Under the pieces are notes generated by a model. That model saw only the letters and a program-made list of their open reading frames with translations, did no database searches and was not told where the DNA came from. This document shows, in pieces, positions 39,926 to 54,094 of a stretch of 64,000 nt of DNA. Each line of letters starts with the position of its first letter. Within the stretch, counting starts at the first letter, position 1. The translations under genes and the position numbers were made by a program. The DNA is from the human T2T-CHM13v2.0 reference genome, Homo sapiens, in assembly GCF_009914755.1 (NCBI RefSeq), contig NC_060930.1; one strand, given 5' to 3'.

Positions 39926-42569
39926 CATTTCAGGGAATAATAAGGACATCTCCTTGGGCCCACCACCTTGAGTAGCCTTCTGACAGAAGGGACTTCTGTT
40001 AAGGTGTTCCTAGCTACCATAAAGAGTTGAATGTTAGACCAGAGCTGCCTTCTCTGCGGGACATTTTATAATCTGTCTGTCTGATGGCTCACATGGGCAA
40101 GTCTGCAATACACAACAGGACAATGGGTACTACGATAGAGTTTATGTATATAGAAGCTTGGAATGTCTATGACCCTCTGTGTAGCAAAATGGCAACTTGA
40201 AGAATTGTTTTAATAGGATTTATTAAAATTTTGACATTTATGCTTTCTGGGGAAGATGAGTTATGTAGACAGCAAAATGGATTTACTTTTTAATTGGCTT
40301 TTCTAAAATAATTCATCTCATTTTGCATTTAGTCTTCAGCTGTTGCTCCGATGCCTAAAATTTTATGTTTTTACATTTTCTGAGGCAGATATTATTAAAA
40401 TATTCACTGCTACTTGATATTTCAGTGCTTTAGTTTCAGTTTCATTTTTAGGAAATTGATAATATTTTCAAATTATATGCCAGAGTGATTGTGTCAATGC
40501 AATTTCCTTTTTGTTTTTACTGTATTTACTTTATTCAAGATGCTTTTTGCTTTCTTTACTCAGACACACATCCTTGTGTGATTTTTTGTGTGTGCGCTTT
40601 CTAATATTTTTTTCTTGCCCAGTGGCTATTACTATTTTGCCTTGTTCAAAATTCATTCATGTCGGTTTCAAAAGAACTTCAAATATTTGTTTACATTTTA
40701 CTGTATGAGGCAAGTCCTGTCATTTATCTAACAATGACCAACATTGCTCCTTTAAATGTCTCCCCAAAACAGGTCCTCCCCAGTTCTTCATTTTACCTCA
40801 AAGAATCAGAATGACAAGGAAAACTTTAGCAGGAAAAGAAAATGGTAGTCCTATAACTTTTTTAAAAACAGCAATAAATTGTATTATTGGCAGCATAAGA
40901 AAAAGTCTGTGGCTGATGACGTTAACAAAGTTGACATAGTGCCATTTGAATTGACTCTACTCCTAGACAAGCATAAGTAGTATTTACTCAGTCCCAGAAA
41001 CTGTGATTCTCAGGCTGAATCTGAAAATAAAAACCCAACAGGTCTGTCCATTTTTATTTTCTTCAATCTCAGGCTGATATTTAAAACCATTGAAAGACAA
41101 AATTGGCTGTTTGATAGTAGCAGCATAGTATTATAGCTCACACACTTCTACTCAGAGAAATATGATGCCCTAAGAACAAAACTTTGACACAGAGCTTAGC
41201 TATTTAAGGTTCATAATACCCTGAATTCGTAGAGTATATTTTGGTTTACAAATATTGCTTTGAAACTGGCAGCAACCTTAAGAGGTTTGCAGAGAGCATA
41301 AACTGTTAATCCCAGTTTAGAGCAGAGAGGAGTGGAGGTCAGTCAGAAGGTCTAAATGACTCACAAAAGGGCAAACAACTAATTAGGGGAAGATCCAGGT
41401 TTCCTAATACCTAGCCCATATTATTTGTACTATTTCGGTTGAGCATTTTTAAATTTCTATGCTGTTAGAACATTTTTAGACCAATAAGAAGGACAATTTC
41501 ATATGGTCTCTCAAATGTGCTTCTTGCAATGAATATTGTCATTGTTGGTAGTTTTTATGTGGGAGTATGGAGTGTGCAGTAGGAGGAAACAGGTTTGAAT
41601 TTTATATAATTACTAACTAGTTTGAAAATATTTCATGACAATGTGACTTTATTTAATATTATTTTCCTTCTACATAGCAGGAGTTCAATTAATTAATTGT
41701 GATACTTATTAAAACTGTGAAGTAAATATTTCCACAGAAACTTCCAAAACTTATAAACATAATAGGGTTTAAAAATTGGGGATGAGGAAGATACATCAGT
41801 AACCCATATTATCAAATAAAATATTTAAATACTCACTTTGCACTCTAATCTTCCTGAAGACAGTTTATTTCCTTTTATATCTGAGATTCTATATTCTACT
41901 GGACTACTGGACTCTACCTCTGATTTATTTTAAAAGAAATTTTAATAGTAATCAGAATGGAAAGTCAATAACTCAAACTTATCAGAATTGAGAAAGGTTC
42001 TAGCTTAGGAAACTTGTCCCTATTCACTCAGGAAATAGAGAGCACTTAATCTAAAGGAAGATGCTTGCTCCCATTCAGGAGGGAGAAATGTTGTTCTCTG
42101 TTGCTTGAGTCTCTCCCCAGCCCAGCGCCTATCTCCTAACCCAATTGCCATCTCCAACTTCAGAGAGCAGCTTTAGTAAAACACTCTGGCTCAATATGTC
42201 ATGCTCCCAGACCAGTGGGATTCACACACTCTCTTAAGGCCAGAAAGACATCTTTATTTGTGAACAACATGTTCCAGGAAGCTCCATACACCTACCATCA
42301 ATAAAGCACCACACAGGACCTTGGGAGCTGGTGACTCAATGGTGTTTGTTCTGTTTTTTTTTTTTTTCATTGCTGTTTATGGAGGACCATTGTACAAGGA
42401 AAATTAAAGCTTAAAAAAGACAGTTCTGCCAATGTTACATGGGTGGGAACTGCACTATTGATTCTCATTTGCCTCATGAGTCACCCAGGATTTTTCCCTA
42501 TTTCCTGTCAATGGAAATTGTCTGGTAGGGTTTTAAAGAATAAACTGTGTCTCATGGTCAGGGCAGGCA

Positions 42570-42815
42570 GAACAGCATTAATGGTGAAAAGCGTGTGGCT
42601 TTTAGGTAGACTGCCTGGGTTTGGAGCCTGGCTCCACAACTTACTGGTTATGTGACCTTGTGCAAGTTTCCTAACATTTTTGCCTCAAATTCCACATCTA
42701 TAAATGGAGATGATAATAGTACCTACTTAGTAGAGATGTTATGAGGATTATATGGATTAATGCATGTTAAGCTCTTAAAATAGTGTGTAGCACATGGAAA
42801 GTGCTCAACATGTAT
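42570..42815 (+). mobile_element. MIR
   Basis: agactgcctgggtttggagcctggctccacaacttactggttatgtgaccttgtgcaagtttcctaac. Confidence 0.85.
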
Positions 42816-43204
42816 TTGTCACTGTAATCAGCTCAGGTGCCCAACTAGCCCAGTGATAAATATATTCATCTTCAGAAAAACAACACCTATATGTGACTCT
42901 GTTATCTCTAATGTATGATGACCACAGAAGTCATAAATCAAAGGTCACCTCAGCACCACGTTAAAAGTATGATCAGGACAATGTACTGAAAGAGCTCTAT
43001 TCTGTAAGTGAAAAGACACAAATTTTAATCCATGTTTGCTATTAACTTGCTATGATCTTGGGCAGTTATGCATCTTTTTGTCCCAGTTTTCTGAACTATA
43101 AAATTAAGCAAATCTTCCAAAGGCTTATCCAGACTTACTACACTACAATTACTTGGCCTTTGAGGGATAAAAGAAAAACCTAAATGGTTCAGTAAACTGA
43201 AAAT

Positions 43205-43760
43205 AATTCATTCAGTGAATATTTGTGTGCCACATACAGTTGTGGGTCCTAGTTGGGGATAAAGATTGGAACAAGACAGACAAGAATTCTGCCCTCCTGG
43301 AGTTTGTCATCTAGAGAAAGAATCCATCAATTGATATAGACTAACAAATACAGAAAAATATTCCAGGTAGTGAAAAGTGCTGTGAGAGAACTAACACATG
43401 ATGAAAGGATATGAAAGAATAGGTTACTTTAGTTTGGGTGGTCAGGAAAGTTCTCTTCGAGATGTTATTTAAGTTGAGAACTGCAGGGCAAGAAGAAGCC
43501 AGCTATCTGAAGACTCAGGGAAGAGCATTCCAAGCAGAGGGACCAGTGGTTCAAGCCCAAGGTAGAAACTGGTTTGGAGTATCTGGGTACAAAAGGAAGA
43601 CAATGAATGCGGGAGAGAGTAGAAGAGTCTTAAGAGGGGAGGTGGATTCCTGTAAGCCTCACAGCTGTGGGAAAGAATTCAGGTTTTATTCTAAATGTGA
43701 TGGGAGCCATTGTGTTTTAAATAATGGGGGTTGGGTGGCTTATTCTGATTTGTGGTTTAT
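43205..43760 (-). mobile_element. L2 fragment
   Basis: ttcattcagtgaatatttgtgtgcc...ctgccctcctggagttt...gggaagagcattccaagcagagggacc. Confidence 0.75.
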
Positions 43761-46700
43761 AGTGTCTTTTTAAAAATAAGGACTGATGCCAGAAACCTCA
43801 CTGGTGGTGGCAGTCACTATTTTCTGAAGAGAGGGATGAATTACCTACTTTATTAATTCAACAGTCCTGATCCTTTGTCTCAATTTAGCTTTCAACAGAG
43901 AGATCATTTGACAAGTCATATAATTCATAATTGCCTCCTTTTATTATCAGAAAAATAAGAAACAATCTATTTTCTCACCTTATATTTGGAGGTATGACAA
44001 GAACTGAGATTATGCTGTAAAAGCCCTTTGAGTTGCTTTAAGGATAATGTATCTTACATATTTTCTATTCAGTGTTTTAAAATGTTCCATATACCTATGG
44101 AAAATGGAGAGAAGAAAGGTGACAGGGAATGTAGAGAGTGGACGTCTGCAATAGCCAGTCATTAAAATTACAGGCTCAGAACCAAACTACTAAATTGGTA
44201 TGTGCAATCCTGAGAAAGTTACTTAACTCCGTCTGTAAAATGGGAATAATGATACTGGTAATAGTACCTCATTCACAGAGTTATTGTGAATGTTAAATGA
44301 AATAATGTCCCTCTAAAGTGCTTAGTACAGTAATTGGTAAATAAGTACCCAGTTGATAAAACCACTGCTTCTTTTGGTTCCCCGTCATCCACCCTGACCA
44401 CTCTATTCCCATTTTGGGGGACTCCCACAGTGCTGTGCTTAATGATGCTCTGCCATCCACTATGAAAAATGAGTGCACTGTGACCTAGTCTGGGCCGATC
44501 AGGGTAATTAAGATGCAAAGATGATGGAGTTACTATGCTTTATTCACAGCCAGGCTCTCTGCTACACAAGGGATTTGGGTCTGTCCTCCACCAACACCAT
44601 TCCCACTGCCTCAAGGTGCTTTGGTACCCAACCTATATTATCCAAATGCAATCCTCCAGCCTCTTTTTGATACTGTGAACCCCTCATCTCCCACCAATTC
44701 ATTTCCCTTAGCTTTAGATAGCCAGAGTGAGTTTATTTAGTTACAAACAAATGATTCCTAGGGAATACAGGCTAGAACCTTCCCTCTGGCTCTCCCTCTA
44801 GGGCCTTCCTCTTCTCCCCTTATTAAATCTTCTAAGATGATTGAATTGCTAGAAGACAGCTAGTGATAACATCACAGTTGCCTAGCCTGGCTTAATGTGT
44901 AGGCCAGAATACTGTACAATAGAAAGTCTTCCTTTCACTAAGGAGATTTACAATAAATCTCTCCTCAGCCAAGAAGCAGAAATACAGACCCCTCTCCCCT
45001 TCATATTGCCATAATACATGGTTATCAAGGCTAGTACTGGCCACACTATGTTTTATATCAGAATTACTTGAGTATGTACATATTTCTCCTCTGGACTGTT
45101 AGCACCCAGAATGCAGGAATTACATATTACTCATTTTAAAATTAATATTTGATACACATTTAATTCATTAATATAATCTCCTTTGAGAATTATATCATTG
45201 TAGCTAATAGTTAAAACTCCCTTTGGCGACTATCTTTAATCCTGGCCCCCTTCACGCCCCCAAGTTAACAAAAGTCATCATATTGGTGTGGGGCTATCAG
45301 CTGTGGCTGCCAGACTGTCCCAAACAACCCATCACCCATGTGAATAACACTTCCTGCCACTGTGCAGTGGGAGGACCCACATCAGAGGGTATTGTTCCAG
45401 GGTCATTGCTATGCATCACAGTGATTATGGAAAAAATAAATAACAGAGAAAGAGAGAGAGAGTGTGTGTGTTTGTGTGACTGTGTGTTTGTGTGTGTTGT
45501 GCATTTACATAGAGTATCATACTGGATGCATCACTTTATATAGTTATTTTTTCTCTAACATCATGTCTTGGAGACCTTTCCACTTGTGGATCTACCTTCC
45601 TCTTTACAAATGATGCATGGTTTTCCATTGTATGAATATCTCAGAATTGGTTTTGCCAGTCTCTTAATGATGGGCATGTAGGTCATTTCTGAATTTTCAC
45701 TATTATTAACAATACATCAGTGAACACTTTGGTACATGCCCCCTTGGGTTCAAGTACACTTTCTAAGATGGATAAGTGAGAATCACTGGCTTTCTCATGA
45801 ATTTTGTATCCCTCGCTCACTGTCCAGCACAGTATCTGGCTTTCAATAAGCCTTCAGGAGATATTTTTTAGATGAATTTGAATAATTAAAGCTCACCTTG
45901 TCCATTCTAGTTCTTGTTTCTCAAACAGAAATCCCATCCAGAGACAATGTGAGCTGAGATTAATATTGCCTATGCTGAGAACAGAGGCACCTCCTAAGTT
46001 CTAAAGAAGGCTGGGAAGTCTTTCTACAGACACAATCATATCCAATAGTAATCACAAGTTTTAAAAGACCTCCTTGAAACAGGCAGAAAACAAAATTCAA
46101 ATTAGACCCAAAGAGGTACAGCTTCTATAGAAGAAATTACAGCCATTTTTTTACAGCAACCAAATTTATCAACGTCTCTTTTTCTGCAGCCCAAATCCCT
46201 CCCATTTACAGATGAGAAAATTATTGTACTCATCATAAACATTAAAGGATATTTATGCAGTGTTCATCTGCTCTACAATTTCCATACACTTTATACGTCT
46301 TCATTCACTTGCAGCAGAGGCACATTAATAGCAAATGCTGAATGATAAATTATTTCTCATGGGAAAGATAGTTAATTTCACTGACCCCCATGTGTCACAA
46401 TTCAATGCATCACCCTGGTTGAGGAAGCAGACCTGTGGAGAGGAAACCACAAAAAGACAAATCAATGCAAAGCTCTGTGATCCAAGGCTAAGGTCATTTT
46501 TAATGGAATAAAAGGCACTCCAGGGCTTTAGTTATTATACCACAATCACATGCCACTGTACCCTCAACTATAATTAGAGTGCAATAATACAAATCCTGGG
46601 ATGTTTTCTTTAATTGGCACTGAAAGCTGAGGGAGGGATGAAAAACAACTATTTGTCAGGTACTAAGATTTAAAAAGAATAAATTGCAACATTGATTAAA

Positions 46701-48239
46701 TAAAACTATTCATTTTGTGTTTTTTATTACAATTTCTAATTTTACTTTTCTTGTCCCTACCTAAGCTATTCACCAGATATAAAACATCCTTCCCCTAAAC
46801 AATGTTGAAATTAATGACCCCATTACTGTGGGGTTGCAGATAGCAACAATGAGGCTATCCCTATTTTAGAGGTTATGTAGTTTGGCTGCGAGCTTCTTGT
46901 TGTTAGGGATCAATCACATCATGCATTGCTTGGGTGGGGGAGCAGTAGAGGCAATGTTGGAGGGAATTGGGTGGCTTACTAAGGTGTGACCTTTACTGGG
47001 AGCACGTGAAAACAACGTATGCAAAAAGTTATCCTCCTACTTCAGCCCTGGTGGTTTCCTAGTTCTGTTACCAGCTACCTCCTTCAAAAAACATGTTTTC
47101 TTAACATGACTTGAGCTAAATTTACTTTCCTGGTACCCTAAAGTCCCCAACTTGAAAAGTAGTCAAGTGTCAAGATTTATGATAATTTATCATAAGAAAT
47201 AACCAAGTACTTTCCTGGAGCGTGAGGTTCTCTTCATGAGTACAACTTTTGTACGTTAGCATGGAACTGTATTCATCTTTTATTTCAAGTTATTTGTTTC
47301 TGTCCATATTTCTTTAGCTAAGTGTAATTGAAGTTAGAAGACAGAATTTCATCCACAGGAAGATAATCCTCATGAGTAATCTTACCCCACTTGGCTTCTG
47401 TTTGGTAAGCAAGGCTACTCCTGACACATGTGGCAGTCTGAAAAGTTCTTATTGAGCCAGACTGTAGAGTTCTTGGAAATCGCATACCATCTTCATGGGA
47501 ATTATGATTCTACTCAGGCTGGGAGGAGTACATTAACTGAAGCATTTGGGAATATGTTAAATTCAATCCTTTCCAAGTCATAATTGTTTTTTGAAGGAGA
47601 GAAGGAAAAAAGGCTAAACTTAATTCAGGTTAAAGGGAAGTAGAGAAAAGAGGATGTGAAAGAAATTATTATTAAGAAAAAAAAGTGTGTGGAAATGGAT
47701 GTGAGTTAAATGTTCCCTCTTTGGAGGAAAATGTGGAAACGGGGGAAAAAAGAAAATTTTCACTAAATTTAAGGAAAGAGTATTTTCTTTTTCTTTTTCT
47801 TTGCATAACACTCAAATAAGAAAAACATTAATTAGTGGTTCTAATTGTTCTCATGAATAATGTAAATCACTAAATCATAAGTAGTGCTTTGTGCAGTTCT
47901 ATGGCAATAACTTCAACAACCTTAAGGAAAATTGATTATTTTCTAAGGAAATGTGTAGAGCCAAAATAGCAAAATGGGCTAAAGAAGAGACTGGAAGTTC
48001 TAAGAAACAATCATACTATAAGCAATGAAGAGAGATACCAAAGAAGTACTCTCTCCTTGCCTTGGTACCCTACCCATTTGGATGTATGAGTAGAATTTTT
48101 CCCCCAAATATTTCCTGAATAAGTAACTCTAATGTTACTTAAATTATTTCAGAGAATAGAGAATGAAAGAATGCTTCATAGCTGATTTACATATAATTAA
48201 CATAAATTATATGTCATTAGTACTTACATATATTTAGGG

Positions 48240-49575
48240 GAAAAAAGATGTTAGATTTGACTGTAAGACAACTGAAATATATTTATGACAAAAAGCATTT
48301 TTTAAAAAGGTTAAAAGGCAAAGCACAAACTTTAAAAATATTTGCAGCATACATGATACTATATTACTTTCCTTTACACACACTCACACACACATGCACA
48401 TACACAAACACACATAAACAAATCAGTAGGAAAAATTTTTAAATCCGCATACAAACGTGGGCAAAAGGCATACATAGAAAATTTATGAAGAAATGCAAAT
48501 ACTCTATAGAAATGCTCTACTTATAAGAAATCAAAATGCAAGTTAAAACAAGACACCAATTTTGGATTTTCAGATTAGCAACAATTAAAAAGGTATTCAT
48601 CACTATTGTCAGTTAGAGAATAGACTTGCTCGTATAATTGTGGTGGGAAGGAGTAGACATTAGCATGACTTCTTGAGAACAAAATATGTATTAAGGCATT
48701 TTAAATATGCCTATAGCCTTGGCATAGCAGATCTAATTCTTATTATAAATAAAAAATTGTGAAAACTCACAAACAATAGATATATAAGGATGTTTATATT
48801 GGTTAAGAACTGCAAATTTATTAAAATATCACCTCTAAACATGCACTTCCCCTATGTCCCAGGAATTACGCTCTTGGGTGTGTTTGTCCTAGAGAAATAA
48901 AAACACATTTACACACAAAAACCTGTATACATTCATAGCAGCTTTTTTTTTTTTGTAATCGCCAAGTACTGGAAACATACAAAATTTCTTCCAACAGGTG
49001 AATAGATGAACAAACTGTGACTTACCCATACAATGAAATACCATTCAGCAGTTTAAAACAATGAACTGTTAGTAGGTACAACTACTTAGATGGGTCATCA
49101 TGGTGTTATCCTAAATAAAAAAGCCAATCACAGAAGGTAGCATATTATTTGATTCTATTTATATGACATTCTTGAAAAGACAAAAGTATAAAGGTGGAGA
49201 AGAGATCAGGGGTTAGAATTGGGTAGAAGAGTGTTACTGTTAAGGGGTAACACAAAGGAGTTTTTTGTGGTGATGGAACAGTTCTATGTGCTGATTGTGG
49301 TAATGTTTACATGAATCTATGCATGTGACAAAATTTCATAGAACTACACACATACACATGCACATACATGAATGCACATAAAAACTGGTAAAATCCTAAT
49401 GAGGTCTGCAGCTCAGTTAACAGTATTGTACCAATGTTGATTTCCTGGGTTGATTAAAATGCACTGTGATTATGTAAGATGTTACCATTGGGGAAGCTGG
49501 GCAAAGGGTATTTGAGAACTCTACTAATTTGCAACTTCTTATGAGTATAGAACTATCTTAAAATAAATTTTTTTA
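48240..49575 (+). mobile_element. Old L1M 3' fragments (L1ME-like ~48240-48800; L1MC/MD-like 3' end ~48820-49575)
   Basis: ORF2-end and 3'UTR text: ...caacaggtgaatagatgaacaaactgtga..., tatgtaagatgttaccattggggaagctggg...aaaataaa. Confidence 0.75.
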
Positions 49576-50399
49576 AAAATATGACTGTACCTTCCAAATT
49601 TTTATGAAATGGTCTCACTTACTTGAAGCTTTTCCTACGACTTGGCCCATTTTCCCATTCTAATTTTCATTTGACATCACTTTCCCTTACTGTTCCTCTC
49701 TCTCTCTCTCTTTTAAAGTACCTCATTCCTCTTGCAAGAGACTTATAAAATTCAGCTTTTATCTTATTACTGTACTAGATTTTAAGGTTATTGAAGACAA
49801 AGACTATGTAATTTGCATCTTAGTATATCTGAATATTTGCCATTTACATTGAATGTAAAAAACACTATTCCAGCATAGTTTATAGTCAATGATGTTTGTT
49901 CAGTTAATTTCATTTAACTCAAATTCATAAATCCCCCCTAGTTGCAAAAGAGTGAAAGGGTATAAAATATTTCCTCCACCACTTCCACTTAGGTGAATGT
50001 AGTCCTTAATTGCCCTGAGCATATAAAACGAAAGTAAAAATATTAAAAATACATAAAATATTTAACACATTGTAAAGTTCTCAATAATAATATTTACTGA
50101 ATTAAACTAAAGCTAAGATTCACTTTTGGTATAGAAGGAAAAAAGAAGTGAGATTTTTCCATATAAAGTCTATCTCTCTGATTCTTTAACTGTGGATATT
50201 ATGAAAGGTTTGTTATGTAAATTGAATGTTGGTGATGAATATTGTTGTGGGTTTTCTTTGTCACGGCAGTGCCTAATATCAAAAGAAGACAATCAAATTA
50301 CCAGGTTTCTATGCTGTGCTATGATTGTATTGATTTTTTTGTGGCACAAGATACAAAATGATCCTGTTGGAAACATTCCTTTCTATATAGCCTATTTTA

Positions 50400-52175
50400 A
50401 AAAAACACTTTATTGAAGTATGATTGAATACAAATAGCTGTGCATATTTAATGTATTAAATGTTATGACTTAATGAGTTTGAAAACCATCACTACAATCA
50501 ATGCTATAAACATATCCATCACCTCCAAAAGTTTCTTCGTGCTCTCTTTATTAGTCTTATGTACAATAAGAACACTTAAAATAAGGTCAGCATTTCTAGC
50601 ATAATTTTAATTATACAATACAGTTATGGTTACAGACACTATGCTGTATAGTACATATCTAAGACTAACTCATCTTGCATAACTTAAACTTTGTTGCCTT
50701 TGACCAACACTTTCACATTTTCCCCTGTCCCCAACCTAGGCAACTACCATTCTACTCTCTGCTTCTATAAGTTTGATAGATTGCGCATGTAAGTGAGATT
50801 GTGTGGTATTTGTCCTTCTGTTCCTTTCTTGTTTCACTCAGCATCATTTCCTCCAGTTTCATCTATGTCATTAATGGCAGAATTGCCTTTTTTTAAAAGG
50901 ATGAATAATATTGCATTGTATATACATGTTATATTTTCTTTATAATTTCATCCATGTATGGACTCAGGTTGATTCCATAATTGGGCTATTGTGAATAATA
51001 CTGCAGTGAACATGGAAGTACAGATATCTCTTTGACATAGTGATTTCATATCCTTTGGATATATACCGAAAAGTTGGATTGTTTAGTCATATGGTAGTTC
51101 TATTTTTAATTTTTTGAGGAACTCCTTACTGTTTTTCACAGTTGCTGCACAATTAACATTCCCACCAACTGTGTATAAGGCTTCCCTTTTCTCCACATCC
51201 CCACCAACACTTGTAACCTTTTGTTTTTTGGATAATAGCCATCCTAATACATAGGAAGTGATACCTCATTGTGGTTTTAACTTGCATTTCCCTAGTGATT
51301 AGTGATGCTAAGCAAGTTTTTATATACTTTTTGGCCATTGTATGTGTTCTTTGGAGAAATGTCTATTCAGGATTATTTGTGGGTTTCTTTCTACTGAGTT
51401 GTAGAATTAATACTGTTAACATGTCCATACTACTTAAAGTGACCTACAGATTCAATGTAATCCCTATCAAATCCCAAGGGCAATTTTTACAGAAATAGAA
51501 AAAACAACCCTAAAAGTGCACATAGAACCACAAAAGATGCTGAATAGCCAAAGCAATTTTGAGTAAGAAAAACAAACCTGGATGCATCATACATCCTGAT
51601 TTCCAATTACATTACAAAGCTGCAGTAATATGGTACTGGCATAAAAACAGACATATAAACCAATGACACAAAATAAAAAAAATCAAGAAATAAATTTATA
51701 CATATTCAGTCAACTGAGATTTATTTTTCCAAAAAAGTTTTTATACTGTACTTAATGCTGCCACTCAACTGGTCTTTGATAAGTATGCTAAGAATATGCA
51801 ATAGGAAAAAGATAGTCTCTTCAATAAATGGTGTTCTGAAAACTAGAGAGCCACAGGCAAAAGAATGGGATTGAACTCTTATTTTATTCCATATATAAAA
51901 TCAACACAACATAGATTAAAGACTCAAACAGAAGACCTCAACCCATAAAACTCATAGAAGAAAAGAGGGGAAAAGTTTCTTGATGTAGGCTTTGGCAATA
52001 ATGTTTTTTTCGGATATAACACCAAGAATACATGAAACAAAAGCAAAAATAGATAAGTGGAATTATATCAGACTAAAAAGCTTCTGCAAAACAAAGGAAA
52101 CAGTCAACAAAATGAAAAGGCTACATATAGGATGATTTCCTTACTATTGTAAGGAAATCCTACAGCTCAACAGCA
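50400..52175 (-). mobile_element. L1MA-type element with 5' inversion (3' part on minus 50400-51403; ORF2 segment on plus 51404-52175)
   Basis: The minus ORF at 51153-51338 and plus-strand text ttcaatgtaatccctatcaaa...gaatagccaaagcaattttgagtaag are both L1 ORF2-derived; strand switch at ~51404. Confidence 0.85.
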
Positions 52176-53269
52176 GACACACACACACACACACACAAAA
52201 CAACAACAACAACAGCAACAACCAGAGACCCACCCCAGCCTGCTGAAGAGTTTCTTTGGAGTAAGTCAAAGAAGTAAAAGATAAAAGTTTCCCAATGCTT
52301 CCCAAACCCTAGCCCTGTATTGGGATGGATGTAAAACTTTCATGCTGCCATCTTCTCACATCCTTAGTTAGGAAATTCCCCATCATACCCTGCTATTTTG
52401 ATGGATTAAAAGGAGAAACAACATTCTCTTATTTACACTTTGAAAATAATTTTTTCTCTCATAAAGAAAAAGAGGTAATTTAATATATCTCTGTCAGAAG
52501 ACTTTTCAGCAGAGGTCATATAAATTCATGTAAGTAGTACCTCAGGTAACAGCACAGGATTTGTTGAATAGTCAACATTGTATGACAAGTGAATGACAGA
52601 GGCATAATTTTATCTTGCTCCTTTCTAATAGTGTGTTGAGTTACTGTTTGTAAGTTATTGGCATGGCCAGATCCAACCATGCTTTAAAGACCTATGCTAT
52701 AAAGATTAAACAGTTTTACAATTGAGTTTCCTTTCATGCTGAGTTCTTTTTAAGAAAAATAACAGAATGAAGTATGAACATAAAAACCTGGGTTATTTCT
52801 TTTGTCCTCCTAGAAGTCTTGACTTGTTTATTTTAACTCTGATTTTCTTTGGACAGCAGAAACAGCTTGAGGTCAGTAGTCTGTGACTTTGCCTCATTTT
52901 GCTAACAGATATAAAATGCCATTTGGGTGTGGCTGTATGGAATGGATTCCTAGATAGGAAATCAAAATTCCTACCCTATGGGCCTTATTAATGTCAGCTA
53001 TGGAGCAAAACAAGGACTACTGATTCTTGATTAGATGACATGATTTTAATCATTCATGGGATGCTCGAAGCAGGTTTATTTTTCCATTATATCTCATGAT
53101 CAACAGAGCAGGCTGATTGTTCATTCATTCAAGATACTTACCTAATATTGTAATTAAACTTACTATCTAATTCTCACTAGCTAGGAAGTATTTTGTGCAA
53201 CAGCATTTCTCACAATCTTATTTATACAACAGTGAAAATGTAGAGGGGGAAATACTTTAAAAAAAATGT

Positions 53270-53702
53270 GCGCTGGCTATTTCCCAGTCCAGATATACTC
53301 TACATCCTTCTTCATTTAACTCTGTTCCAAGGATGGCTGACCTCTGTGGGCTCTATGTCAAAGACTTCTTTGCACTCTGACTGAATTTGGCCATGGAGAA
53401 GCAGCATCAGGAGATTGGAAGGCAGAAGCAGAGAGAAATTGGGGTGTTTATTTACCTTTTTCCCTCCCTACCAGGCTTGTACCAGAGATCTCCTCTGACA
53501 GCTATACCTCTCTGAGGATTCTGATAACCATTCTACCTGACTCCCTCTCAAGCTTGGATGATAATGACTCCCAGTATTTTATCATTGCTTTTTGGTATCC
53601 CTGACCATGCCCATACACCTGTAAATTATCCTTTTATAAAGTACTGTTGGTTGTCCCAGTTGGGTGGGTCACCTGTTTTCTAACAGGACCCTGACTAATA
53701 CA
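53270..53702 (+). mobile_element. ERVL-class solo LTR (LTR33/LTR41-like)
   Basis: ggagattggaaggcagaag...ggggtgtttattt...; ends ggaccctgactaataca. Confidence 0.55.
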
Positions 53703-54094
53703 ATATGGGAATAAATTATATTTTAATATAGCCATATGATGAGATATTATATAATCATTAAACATAATTTTTTACAAATACTTAACTTTATAAGAAAATG
53801 CTCAGAATAAGGAAAAAAGGATATATAATAATAGCATGAGTATGACTTCAATTTTGAAAAGAAAAAGTGTGTGTGATGTGTGTGTGCATGTGTAAGCTAA
53901 AAATTTAAAGAGTAAAAAGAGACATACTGAACTATTAGTGAATAGCTTATATAATTGATGAATTTGAGAAATGTTTCAAATGTTTTCTTATTTATGCTAG
54001 TATTTTCCAAGTTACCTATTATATGCTTATATTCTTTTATAGTCAAATTTATAAGTAAGGTCTTTCTTAAATATTTACATCTATCTATATGAGT

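Noticed and set aside
47177-47195. TTATGATAA-T-TTATCATAA palindrome
   Set aside because: 9-bp AT-rich arms are expected by chance in 64 kb.
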